Origin: Lentisphaerota bacterium
GTDB taxonomy: Bacteria > Verrucomicrobiota > Kiritimatiellia > CAIQIC01 > Lenti-01
NCBI GenBank assembly: GCA_012511885.1
Contig: JAAZFE010000124.1
Coordinates: forward strand, 1 to 63,451
Direction of reading: 5' to 3'
Length of the DNA stretch: 63,451 nucleotides
Part shown: piece by piece, positions 1 through 8,591 of the stretch
How the letters are laid out: each line of letters begins with the position of its first letter
How positions within the stretch are numbered: position 1 is the first letter of the stretch
Notes under the pieces: generated by a model
What the model was told of the DNA's origin: nothing
The model's database searches: none
What the model saw: only the letters and a program-made list of their open reading frames with translations
Made by a program: the position numbers and the translations under genes

Positions 1-388
1 AAAACCAACAAGGAATAATCTTCCCTCACAACGGACGCCTCGGCGTGTACACCCCCCCCTCCTCAAAAAAAACAACAGCAGCCACCCATGCTACCTTGCG
101 GCACAAGGTACCATGTTCACCCACCCCCAATCCCTTCCCCCCGCCCCTGCCACCTACAACATTGCCCATTCACCGCGCCGCAGGCGCCTTCGCGGTTCAA
201 AACTCACCAAAACAATCGCCCCATCACGCATTCCCGCAACCCCGCAATTCTCCCCCTCCCGCGCATCCTTCGCTTGCGTTTCTTTCGCGCCCCTCGCGCC
301 GTTTGCGTTGAAAATCAGGCTTGCGCGATAGCGCACTCCCCGATTTATGTAACTTCGCGGAACGGAGCGGCAACCTTTTTTGAACTTT

Positions 389-457
389 TTCCACGCCATG
401 GAAACTTTTTTCGCGATGTTTCCACGCCATGGAAACTTTCTTTCCACGCCGTGGAAA
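389..457. repeat. Repeat triplet A: three copies of the 16-17 bp imperfect palindrome TTCCACGCCATGGAAA (389-404, 420-435, 442-457)
   Basis: Read directly. Arms TTTCCA/TGGAAA flank a 5-nt core. Copy-to-copy offsets are 31 and 22 nt. The context is non-coding. Confidence 0.9.
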
Positions 458-554
458 AAAGCTCCCTAAAAAACGTCCCCAAAACCGCCATTCCGCCCCA
501 CCCCAAAAAATCCTCCCCAAACACCCAAAATCCGTCAAAAATACCGTTTTTTCA

Positions 555-587
555 CCGTTTTCAGCCCATTTTCAGCCCATTTTCACT
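555..587 (+). repeat. 3 x 11-bp tandem repeat CC(G/A)TTTTCA(G/C)(C/T)
   Basis: The sequence reads ccgttttcagc ccattttcagc ccattttcact, lying between the two palindrome triplets. Confidence 0.85.
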
Positions 588-617
588 CCGAATCCGCCCT
601 GTTTTGCCCCAAAAGTT

Positions 618-686
618 TTCCACGCCATGGAAACTTTTTTCGCGATTTTTCCACGCTATGGAAAATACTTTTCCACGCCATGGAAA
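618..686. repeat. Repeat triplet B: three more copies of the same palindrome (618-633, 649-664, 671-686); the 69-bp unit is a diverged duplicate of 389-457
   Basis: It has the same 31/22-nt offsets and the same inter-copy spacer CTTTTTTCGCGAT as triplet A. A few substitutions are present (CGCT for CGCC, ATACTT for CTTTCT). Confidence 0.9.
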
Positions 687-916
687 GCCGAGTGCCAAGC
701 CAAAGTCCAACGTGTTGGACGCATGGCGAACGCGAGGTCTATAGCGCACGGCGAATGTCGGGCGAGCGAGCGAGACTTGGCGAGCGCAGCGGCAGCCCTT
801 TGAAATTTTCCAAGGCTTCCATCAACCCCCATTCCGCGCGGTTGGCTCCGCCTCAGGCCGCCGATCGCGTCAACTAAGGATTGCCTTCGGGGATTCCCTT
901 GTGGTAAAAAGGTTGC

Positions 917-1735
917 ATGAATCAAGAATTTGCTGGCTACTCGATTTCCCGCTCCATTGCCGGGGGCGGAATGACCAAGCTCTATGTGGCTCTCGACGCC
1001 CAGAAGAACCGCTATGTCATTCGCGTTCTGGACCCCGTCGCCTCCCGCAACCGACGCTCCCGCAAACAGTTTTTCCATGGCGGCGAGGTCATCACCCGGA
1101 TGCACCACCCCCAGCCCCACCCCAACATCGTGCCGTTCGTCAAGGCCGGCTATGAAGGCAAAACGCCCTATATGGTGCTCGAATACATCGAGTCGCGCAC
1201 CCTCCGCGACCTGATCCTCTATCGCGAGCCGCTCCTGACCGAAAACGTCATGATTTTTATCCGCCAACTGGCCAACGTCATTCAATATGTCCACTCCCGC
1301 GGATACCTGCACCTTGATATCAAACCCGAAAACCTCCTGATCCGGCCGGATGGACGCCTGGTGCTGATTGATTTCGACTTGGCGCTGCCGCGCAAGCGCT
1401 TCTTCAAGAAGCTGCGCAATGTTGCCGGCACCACTGCCTATGTGCCACCGGAAACCCTCGTGGATCACGTGGCCGACGACCGGGCCGACATCTATGCCTT
1501 CGGCGTCTGCTGCTACGAAATGCTTTCCTTCCGCAAACCCTACGAAGGCGAGAAAATCGAGCAGGTCCGCGCCGCGCAAATTGACCCCAAAACCCCGCCG
1601 GTGCCCCTGCGCCAGCACAGTCCCAATGTGCCCGCCGCGCTCGCCAACGTGGTCATGAAATGCATCGCCAAAAACCCGGCCGATCGTTATCCCGACATGG
1701 TCCTCGTGCTGCGCGACCTCAACCGCCTGACCTGA
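917..1735 (+). CDS. Hanks-type Ser/Thr protein kinase
   Basis: 272-aa ORF with ATG start. It carries the catalytic loop HLDIKPENLL, LIDFDLA (a DFG-like motif), GTTAYVPPE and DIYAFGVCCYEM. Confidence 0.9.
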   Translation: MNQEFAGYSISRSIAGGGMTKLYVALDAQKNRYVIRVLDPVASRNRRSRKQFFHGGEVITRMHHPQPHPNIVPFVKAGYEGKTPYMVLEYIESRTLRDLILYREPLLTENVMIFIRQLANVIQYVHSRGYLHLDIKPENLLIRPDGRLVLIDFDLALPRKRFFKKLRNVAGTTAYVPPETLVDHVADDRADIYAFGVCCYEMLSFRKPYEGEKIEQVRAAQIDPKTPPVPLRQHSPNVPAALANVVMKCIAKNPADRYPDMVLVLRDLNRLT

Positions 1736-1762
1736 CCGCCACCTTCAACCCGCCCCGCGCGC

Positions 1763-2854
1763 ATGTCCACCGATCCCATCTCCGATATTTATTTGATGAA
1801 GCGCCGCAAGTCGCGGGCCGGCTGTCTCACCATGCTGTTCGCCACCATCGGCGTGCTGATTCTTATTGGCGTCGTTCTGCTCTTCCATCGGGCCGCCCGG
1901 CCCAAGGACAAGCCCGCCCCCGAGCCCGTGGCCAAAACCAAGACCGGCACCGGCAGCGCCGCCAAGAAACAGAAGGCCACCGAAGAGCGTAAAGCCAAAC
2001 CCGGCAAGAAAGAAGCCACTGCGGCTCCTGCCAAGAAAACGACGGGCAAGAAAACCGGCACCGCCGCCACGGCTCCATCCAAGACCAAAGCCAAGACGGA
2101 ACCAGCGGTTGAAGAAGCCGGCGAAGTCCCCGCGGACACCGCCGACGACGGCGTCGCCGACAGCGCCCTCAAGCGCGCCCGTTCGCGCCTCAAGAAAGGC
2201 GATCACCAGGCCGCGCGCGAAGCCGCTCTCGAAGCCCTGAACGCCCGCCCCGATGACCCCAAAATTGAAGGTTTCCTCAACGATCTCGCCATGCCGCTGC
2301 TGGCCTCGCAACGTCCCATGCCCGAGAAAATCGAGTATGTGGTCCAATCCGGCGACTACCTCGGCAAACTGGCCGCTACCTATAACACTCCGGTCGCCCT
2401 CATTGCCAAAGCCAACAATATCCAGGGGGCCATCATCCGTGTTGGCGAAACCCTCCGCCTGTTCGACGGCACCCGGCACGCCTTTGCCCTGAACATCAGC
2501 AAGTCGCGCAACGATCTCGTGGTAGCAATTGACGGCAAGTTTTTCAAGCGCTACCGCGTGGCCACCGGCCGCGACAACAAAACCCCCGTGGGCACGTTCA
2601 AAATCACCGATAAAATCATGCATCCCACCTGGCATCGTTCCGGTGGCGCCCCCGTCCTCTACGGCGATCCCGCCAACCCCCTTGGCACGCATTGGCTGGC
2701 CATTGATTTGCCCGGCTACGGCCTTCACGGCACCTGGGAGCCGGATCAACTCGGCGCTCAAACCAGCGATGGCTGCGTCCGCTTGCTCAACGACCATATC
2801 GAGGAGCTCTATACCATCCTCCCCAAAGGCACGCTCGTCACCATCACCGATTGA
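1763..2854 (+). CDS. LysM + YkuD L,D-transpeptidase domain protein (N-terminal TM segment, K/A/P/T-rich linker)
   Basis: LysM-like YVVQSGDYLGKLAATYNTPVALIAKANNI. YkuD signature HGT...SDGCVRLLN near the C-terminus. Confidence 0.85.
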   Translation: MSTDPISDIYLMKRRKSRAGCLTMLFATIGVLILIGVVLLFHRAARPKDKPAPEPVAKTKTGTGSAAKKQKATEERKAKPGKKEATAAPAKKTTGKKTGTAATAPSKTKAKTEPAVEEAGEVPADTADDGVADSALKRARSRLKKGDHQAAREAALEALNARPDDPKIEGFLNDLAMPLLASQRPMPEKIEYVVQSGDYLGKLAATYNTPVALIAKANNIQGAIIRVGETLRLFDGTRHAFALNISKSRNDLVVAIDGKFFKRYRVATGRDNKTPVGTFKITDKIMHPTWHRSGGAPVLYGDPANPLGTHWLAIDLPGYGLHGTWEPDQLGAQTSDGCVRLLNDHIEELYTILPKGTLVTITD

Positions 2855-2866
2855 AGGAGTCCACCG

Positions 2867-3874
2867 GTGGCCGCCTATCTCCTGCCCTTCGAAAAACCCC
2901 TGCTCGAACTGAGAAACCGGATCGAGGAGCTCCGCCGCTTTTCCGCCGAACAAGGCGTGGACTCCCCCCAGGATGTGCTCCGCCTGGAAGAGGAGTTCGC
3001 CCAAACCCGCCGCAAACTCTATGCCAACCTCACCCCCTGGCAGAAGGTCATGGTGGCCCGGCACCCCCGACGACCCTACACCCGCGACTATTTCGACGCC
3101 ATCGTGGAAAACTTCAATGAACTCCACGGCGACCGCCTGCTCTCCGACGACCAATCCATCGTCGGTGGCCTCGGCTGGATGGACGGCCAACGCCTCATGC
3201 TCATCGGCACGCAAAAGGGACGCGACACCAAAAGCAATCTGGCCTGCAATTTTGGCTGCCCTTTCCCCGAAGGCTACCGCAAGGCCCTGCGCCTCATGCG
3301 CCTCGCCGCCAAGTTCTCGATCCCCATCGTCACCTTCATTGACACCCCCGGCGCGTTTCCCGGCATCGAGGGTGAAGAGCGCCACGTGGCCGAAGCCATC
3401 GCCGTCAACCTGCGCGAAATGTTCCGCCTGCCCGTCCCCATCATCTCCATCGTCATCGGCGAAGGCGGTTCCGGCGGCGCTCTCGGCATCGGCATTGCCA
3501 ACCGCATCCTGGTTCTCGAACACGCCTATTATTCCGTCATCTCCCCCGAAGGTTGCGCCGCCATCCTCTGGAAGGATCGCGCCCACGCCGATCAGGCCGC
3601 CGCCGCCCTCAAACTGACCGCCCCCGACCTCATCGAACTGGGCATCGCCGACGACGTGGTCCCCGAGCCCCCCGGTGGAGCCCATTCCGATCCGGAAGCC
3701 GCCGCCCAACTTGTCCGCGAGTCCCTGCGCCGGCATCTGGCCGACCTCATTGACCTCTCACCCGCGCAGTTGCTCACCCAGCGCTATCGCAAGTTTCGCC
3801 AAATTGGCGTGTTCAAAGAGGGCCCCGTTCCTTCCTTGACACCTCCCCCCATTCCCGCCGATACTGCCCGCTGA
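2867..3874 (+). CDS. accA: Acetyl-CoA carboxylase carboxyltransferase alpha subunit
   Basis: GTG start preceded by GAAGGAG. Motifs: LPFEKPLLELRNRIEEL, LTPWQKVMVARHPRRPYTRDY, FIDTPGAFPGIEGEERH, GEGGSGGALG. Confidence 0.9.
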   Translation: MAAYLLPFEKPLLELRNRIEELRRFSAEQGVDSPQDVLRLEEEFAQTRRKLYANLTPWQKVMVARHPRRPYTRDYFDAIVENFNELHGDRLLSDDQSIVGGLGWMDGQRLMLIGTQKGRDTKSNLACNFGCPFPEGYRKALRLMRLAAKFSIPIVTFIDTPGAFPGIEGEERHVAEAIAVNLREMFRLPVPIISIVIGEGGSGGALGIGIANRILVLEHAYYSVISPEGCAAILWKDRAHADQAAAALKLTAPDLIELGIADDVVPEPPGGAHSDPEAAAQLVRESLRRHLADLIDLSPAQLLTQRYRKFRQIGVFKEGPVPSLTPPPIPADTAR

Positions 3875-3923
3875 TTATGTCAAGACCCTTGGGTCGTTTA
3901 ACCCCACCACAGGAGTACACCCC

Positions 3924-4499
3924 ATGCCGAATATCAAAGGATCCAAAACCGAGAAAAACCTGCTGAAGTCGTTTGCCGGCGAGTCCCAGGCCCGCATGCG
4001 CTACAACTATTGGGCGTCCGCCGCCAAAAAGGAAGGCCTCGTCCAGATTTCCCAGATTTTTGAGGAAACCGCCAATCAGGAAAAGGAACACGCCAAGCGG
4101 TTCTTCAAGTTCTTGCAGGGCGGCATGGTCGAAATCACCGCGGCCTATCCCGCCGGCGTGATCGGCTCCACCCTTGACAACCTTCAACTGGCCGCCGCTG
4201 GCGAGCACGAAGAATGGAGCATCCTCTATCCTGAATTTGCGAGCGTCGCCCGCGAGGAAGGCTTTAACGAGATCGCCACTCTCTGGGACAACGTCTCCAT
4301 CGCCGAGAAGTACCACGAAAAGCGCTACCTCGACCTCTGGAAGAACCTGTCCGAAGGCCGGGTCTTCAAGCGCGACAACACGGTGGTCTGGCGCTGCCTC
4401 AACTGCGGCTATCTCCACGAAGGCCTCGAGGCCCCCGAACTGTGCCCCGCGTGCCTCCACGCCCAGGCCTACTTCGAACTCCTCGGCGAAAACTGGTAA
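3924..4499 (+). CDS. rbr: Rubrerythrin
   Basis: AGGAG Shine-Dalgarno sequence. N-terminal diiron four-helix motifs (KTEKNLLKSFAGESQARMRY, EEKEHAKRF) and a C-terminal rubredoxin-like CLNCG...CPAC. Confidence 0.9.
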   Translation: MPNIKGSKTEKNLLKSFAGESQARMRYNYWASAAKKEGLVQISQIFEETANQEKEHAKRFFKFLQGGMVEITAAYPAGVIGSTLDNLQLAAAGEHEEWSILYPEFASVAREEGFNEIATLWDNVSIAEKYHEKRYLDLWKNLSEGRVFKRDNTVVWRCLNCGYLHEGLEAPELCPACLHAQAYFELLGENW

Positions 4500-4535
4500 G
4501 CCACCAATCTAAAAACAACCACGAAAGGAACTGCA

Positions 4536-4724
4536 ATGAAAGCATCCGTAGACGCTTCTCTTTGCACGGGATGCACCCTGTGCTGCGATATCGCCCCTGA
4601 CGTTTTCCAGATGGGCGATGACGGCCTGGCGCACGTCATCGTCGATGTCGTCCCCGCGGAGTCTGAAGCGGCCGCTCAAGAAGCCGCCGACAGCTGCCCC
4701 GTCTCTTGCATCACGTTAGGCTGA
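4536..4724 (+). CDS. Small ferredoxin (single Fe-S cluster type)
   Basis: 62 aa with CTGCTLCCDIAP...DSCPVSCI, the pattern of small 3Fe-4S/4Fe-4S ferredoxins. Confidence 0.8.
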   Translation: MKASVDASLCTGCTLCCDIAPDVFQMGDDGLAHVIVDVVPAESEAAAQEAADSCPVSCITLG

Positions 4725-4747
4725 GACACCAGCTCCCGTTCAACCAA

Positions 4748-4780
4748 CGGCCGCCGACTCATCCTCGGCGGCCGTTTTTT
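4748..4780 (+). terminator. Rho-independent terminator after the ferredoxin gene
   Basis: Perfect 10-bp GC-rich stem CGGCCGCCGA/TCGGCGGCCG, 7-nt loop, followed by TTTTTT. Confidence 0.8.
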
Positions 4781-4794
4781 CTAGAGCATTCCCC

Positions 4795-5217
4795 GTGAAC
4801 CTCCTCTTCGGCATCGGCAACCCACGCCATGGCGATGACGCCCTCGGGCCGGTGTTCGCCCGTGCTTTCCGCCATCCCCGGTGGCGCTGCGTCAATGTCA
4901 GCACCGTGCCGGAAAATTATACCGGTCTCGTTCGCGATCTCCGCCCCCCCCTGCTGGTTTTGCTGGATGCCGCGGATCTCGACGCCCCCCCCGGCACCAT
5001 CCGGCGTTTGGATCCCCGCTCGATCGTGGCCGGCGACTTCGGCACTCATGCCGGTTCCCTCGGGCTGTTGGCCGGCTACCTCTCCGACTATGCCGGACAG
5101 GTGGTCATCCTCGGCATCCAGCCCGCCCACACCACCCCCGGCACCCGCCTCTCCCTCCCCGTACGCGGAGCGCTCAAGACGCTCGGTCGCGCCCTCGCCG
5201 AAAACCAAATTCCCTGA
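4795..5217 (+). CDS. Hydrogenase maturation endopeptidase-like protein (HyaD/HybD/FrhD family)
   Basis: 140 aa with GTG start. Motifs: LLFGIGNPRHGDDALG, LLDAAD and GTHAGSLGLL. No hydrogenase structural genes are in the window. Confidence 0.65.
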   Translation: MNLLFGIGNPRHGDDALGPVFARAFRHPRWRCVNVSTVPENYTGLVRDLRPPLLVLLDAADLDAPPGTIRRLDPRSIVAGDFGTHAGSLGLLAGYLSDYAGQVVILGIQPAHTTPGTRLSLPVRGALKTLGRALAENQIP

Positions 5218-5477
5218 CCCTGAATGCTTCAGGCCCCCCCCCTCCGCGCGCCCCGCGTCTTGACGAGAGACAATGCCGCTTTTTTGGAGCATTTGAAGAA
5301 ATAATGTTGCCGGGAGGTCGTAGCGAATTGGGCTGGGCCAAGGAAGGCGAAGCAGAAATAGCATCGCTATTTCGATGCAGCCTGACGACGGCCAAGCCCA
5401 ATGCAGTAGACAAAACGGCTACAGAATTGATGAAAATGCTCTATGTTTCCTGTGTTCTGCGTGATTCAATAATTGTC

Positions 5478-5507
5478 AGTATTACGATTGTGCACAATCG
5501 TAATACT
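5478..5507. repeat. 30-bp perfect palindrome AGTATTACGATTGTGCACAATCGTAATACT (possible bidirectional terminator or operator)
   Basis: Read directly. It lies in the convergent gap between the protease gene and the MscS gene, 24 nt past the MscS stop. Confidence 0.9.
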
Positions 5508-5530
5508 CCCCCCCCGCCCTCTCTCCCGGC

Positions 5531-6595
5531 CTATTCCTTGACCATCCGCACCGTTTGCGTCGGATAAGCCAGCTCGATCCCCGCCGCCTGCAAGCGACTC
5601 AGCAACTCGAGGTTCAGCTTCTCGGCAAATACCATGTGCTGCCAATAGTCACCCGGGTGATACCAATAGATGATCACCAAATTCAGCGAGTCCTCCTTGA
5701 ACTCATTGAAGAAAACGCGCGGCGGATAATTCGGCCTCATCCCCTCGTGATTCGCCAACAGCTCCCGGGCAATCTCCACCGCTTTCCCGACGGCTTCGGC
5801 CGTCATGTCCCGCCGCAAAGGCAGGTTCGCCGTCCGCCGGATAAACGGCCGCTTGCCGATGTTCTCGATGGTCTGATTGGCCAGCTCCCCGTTGGGATAA
5901 GTGATCAAATGGCCGTCCCGGGTGCGGATCCTTGTGGAGCGAAAACCCAGCGCCTCCACCGTGCCTTCCACCGCGCCTATCTTGACGCGCTCTCCCAGCT
6001 CAAAAGGCTTGTCGGCCAGAATCACCAGCGATCCAAAAAAGTTGGCCACCGTGTCCTTGGCCGCCAACGCCACCGCCAAACTGCCAATCCCCAGCCCCGC
6101 CAAAATGGACGACACCGGCTTGTCGCTCAAGGCCTGGGCAACTTGCGCCAGCACCAGCACCACCAGAGTCACCCGTAGGCTCTTGCTCACCATCGGCACC
6201 AGCATGTCATTGAGCTTGCTGTCCGATCGTCCTGCCCAGCCCAGCAGCGCCGCATCCACCACATCAATCAGCGCATAGAGAATGTACCCCACCGCAAGAA
6301 TGCCCAAGACATCCAGCCCCGATGCCACCCAGGCGGCAAATCGCTCCGCCAGCACCAGCGTGTTCAACCCCAGAATCAGACCCCAGATAAACAGCACCGG
6401 AACCGCCGCTTTGCCCAAGGCATGCAGCATCGCTCCCCGCACATGTTTCTCCCGCCCCGCCTGAAACGCGCTCGCCCGCTCAAAGAAATAGCGGGCCGCC
6501 CGCCCAATCATCAAGCCCCCGAGAACGCCCGCCAGCAAAACCAGCACGCGCCAAAGTTCGTTGCCCATGATTTCTCTTGTCAGCCAGGTTTTCAT
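5531..6595 (-). CDS. Small-conductance mechanosensitive channel (MscS family)
   Basis: N-terminal TM helices followed by LADKPFELGERVKIGAVEGTVEALGFRSTRIRTRDGHLITYPNGELA, the typical MscS beta domain. Confidence 0.85.
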   Translation of the reverse strand: MKTWLTREIMGNELWRVLVLLAGVLGGLMIGRAARYFFERASAFQAGREKHVRGAMLHALGKAAVPVLFIWGLILGLNTLVLAERFAAWVASGLDVLGILAVGYILYALIDVVDAALLGWAGRSDSKLNDMLVPMVSKSLRVTLVVLVLAQVAQALSDKPVSSILAGLGIGSLAVALAAKDTVANFFGSLVILADKPFELGERVKIGAVEGTVEALGFRSTRIRTRDGHLITYPNGELANQTIENIGKRPFIRRTANLPLRRDMTAEAVGKAVEIARELLANHEGMRPNYPPRVFFNEFKEDSLNLVIIYWYHPGDYWQHMVFAEKLNLELLSRLQAAGIELAYPTQTVRMVKE

Positions 6596-6653
6596 CTCGT
6601 TTGCTCCCGGATTGTTTCACACCGCATGTCGGCAGTCCTGCCCGGAGATCGCA

Positions 6654-7646
6654 TCAGTCAAATGGCGCGACCACCTCCACTGCGGGGAATCGCTCTCTCA
6701 CCGCCGCCTCGCTCGATGCCTCAAACAACAGCTTCACGTTGGGCCCCGCGTCCATCGTCAACCAGACCCCCACTCCCTCCTCGCGCGCCTGCCAAACCGA
6801 GCGCATGGCGGCCACCGTTTCCGGCAACGCGTAAACCACCGGCGGACGTGTCGCCGCCATCAGACCGTGCATCGCCAACGCGTTGCCCTCGGCTACCGCA
6901 CCCAATGCCGCCATGTTCTTCTGTTCAATGGCTTCCTTCAAATCTGCCAAATCTGCAGCGACCCGCGCCGGCCATTCCCGATACAGCTCGCAGCTTTCAA
7001 CCGTCCGCTTCATGGCCTCGCGCGAACCAATCGGCTTGGTTTCGGCGCTCAACACTAGAGCGCCCACCTTCAGCTCCGGCCAGACGGCCGCCAAACGCCG
7101 GCCGTAGGAGTCCATGCCATCTTCGGCGTCGCCCGCGAGCCATTCCACAAACCCGTCCTCCAGGCTGCGCGCTGCGCTGCCGCTGCCCAACCGCGCCAAA
7201 ATGGACAACTCTCGCGTTCCCAGTTCCCATCCATAAAAATCGTTCAGCGCCCGCGCCAAGGCCGCAAACCCTGACGCCGACGATGCAAATCCAGCGGCCG
7301 TCGGCACGGTATTGCGCGCCTGCACCTCAAAACAGACTCCCGGCGCGGGCCGGAACAAATCCAGATAGGCGCTGGTGCGCCGCACGAAGGGACTCTGCAA
7401 CGATAGCGGTGCGCTATTGAGCCAAACCGCGTCATTCATCCCGTCCGCGAAACCAATCTCTACTTCCGATCCCAGCCGCCCCAGCGAAATGGACAAACTG
7501 CTCGTCACCGGCAGATTCAACTCCTCGTCGCGCTTGCCCCAATATTTCACCAGCGCGATGTTGGCGGACGCGCGCCCATGACCCCGCTCGGCCGCCATGC
7601 CCCGGCCCGCGGTCAAACTCTCGACAATTTTTCGCGCCCGGTTCAT
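6654..7646 (-). CDS. mvaD: Diphosphomevalonate decarboxylase
   Basis: ASANIALVKYWGKRDEELNLPVTSSLSISL and GSGSAARS (GHMP fold). Has an ATGA overlap with the upstream GHMP kinase gene. Confidence 0.85.
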   Translation of the reverse strand: MNRARKIVESLTAGRGMAAERGHGRASANIALVKYWGKRDEELNLPVTSSLSISLGRLGSEVEIGFADGMNDAVWLNSAPLSLQSPFVRRTSAYLDLFRPAPGVCFEVQARNTVPTAAGFASSASGFAALARALNDFYGWELGTRELSILARLGSGSAARSLEDGFVEWLAGDAEDGMDSYGRRLAAVWPELKVGALVLSAETKPIGSREAMKRTVESCELYREWPARVAADLADLKEAIEQKNMAALGAVAEGNALAMHGLMAATRPPVVYALPETVAAMRSVWQAREEGVGVWLTMDAGPNVKLLFEASSEAAVRERFPAVEVVAPFD

Positions 7647-8581
7647 TCAACAGCCTCCACCGCGACACCCCGGGCGTCCACCTGAACCGCCAATGACGGC
7701 ACCCCCCACTCCCCGCGCATCGCCTTGCCCAACCCGATCACGCAATCACCCAAACCCGAACCCGAAATTTTGCTGCCCAGAATATTGGGATCCTCCCGCA
7801 GCGCGTAGATCAGCTCCGACAGCTTGGCCTCATTGACCCCCAGCGCATCCATCAGCCCCTGATGAACATTCATCAGCTCCCCGACCGCGTCCCAATCCTC
7901 GCTGGCCGCAGCGACAAACGCTCGTTGCACCACCTCGCCAATCAATTCCTCCAAACGGTCATAAACCCCGGGCAGCCGCTTGCGGCTTTCCTCCACCAGC
8001 GCCACCACCTCCGTGGTGGGCCGCTTGTATCCGGAATAGAGCACCGTCAATTGCGGCAGAACAGGAAGCGCCACCACCTCCATCGGGTCCGCGGTATAAC
8101 GCAAAAATCCGCCATGAACGCTGGCGGCCACGTCCGCGCCCGAACCCACCCCCCCCTGCACCTTGCGGATAACCTTGATGCTCTGCTCGATCACCCGCTC
8201 CCGCGCCGGCTCGACATCCCGCGCACCCTCGAGTGCGGCCATCGTGGCCACAGTCACCGCCGCGCTGGTCCCCAGTCCCATCACCGACGACATTCCCGAG
8301 CGAATATCCAGCTCGAAACCCTGCGCCAGCTCATCACGCATTGCCCGGATCGTCCCCAGCACAAAACGGAAACTCTCATTCGGCGCCAAATCCCCCAGCG
8401 TGGTTTCGTGCTCCCCCAGCGTCGAATGCAACAGCACAGCATCGTCAGTCCGCGGCGTCAATTTCACCTTCATCCGCTTGCTGATGGCGCAAACCAGCGC
8501 GGGTTGGCCGCGCAAAACGGCATGCTCACCCATAAACATCAGGCTGCCCGGCGCGGAGGCTTGGACGGCGCGCAAACTCAT
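7643..8581 (-). CDS. GHMP kinase, probably phosphomevalonate kinase
   Basis: APGSLMFMGEHAVL, GLGTSAAV and GSGADVAASVHGG (PMK-like rather than MK-like), KISGSGLGDC. Sits between the MK and MVD genes. Confidence 0.6.
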   Translation of the reverse strand: MSLRAVQASAPGSLMFMGEHAVLRGQPALVCAISKRMKVKLTPRTDDAVLLHSTLGEHETTLGDLAPNESFRFVLGTIRAMRDELAQGFELDIRSGMSSVMGLGTSAAVTVATMAALEGARDVEPARERVIEQSIKVIRKVQGGVGSGADVAASVHGGFLRYTADPMEVVALPVLPQLTVLYSGYKRPTTEVVALVEESRKRLPGVYDRLEELIGEVVQRAFVAAASEDWDAVGELMNVHQGLMDALGVNEAKLSELIYALREDPNILGSKISGSGLGDCVIGLGKAMRGEWGVPSLAVQVDARGVAVEAVE

Positions 8582-8591
8582 GGAGCAGCAA

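Noticed and set aside
389-686. CRISPR array or replication origin interpretation of the TTCCACGCCATGGAAA repeats
   Set aside because: It is not a CRISPR array: there are only six 16-bp copies, the spacers are 6 or 15 nt and are themselves repeated, and there are no cas genes. The origin idea rests only on the half-site resembling a DnaA box. No dnaA, dnaN or AT-rich unwinding element is evident, so an origin is not supported.
45-803. Overlapping + and - strand ORFs of 60-218 aa in the first 800 bp
   Set aside because: They are Pro/Thr/His/Arg-rich low-complexity translations of a C/A-rich repeat region. Mutually overlapping frames and no recognisable motifs indicate non-coding sequence.
656-1618. 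320-aa minus-strand ORF
   Set aside because: It is antisense to the well-supported Ser/Thr kinase gene. Its composition is typical of GC-rich antisense frames and it has no motifs.
1745-3736. 663-aa minus-strand ORF
   Set aside because: It is antisense to both the LysM/YkuD gene and accA and is G/A/D/E-rich low complexity. It is a spurious long ORF caused by high GC.
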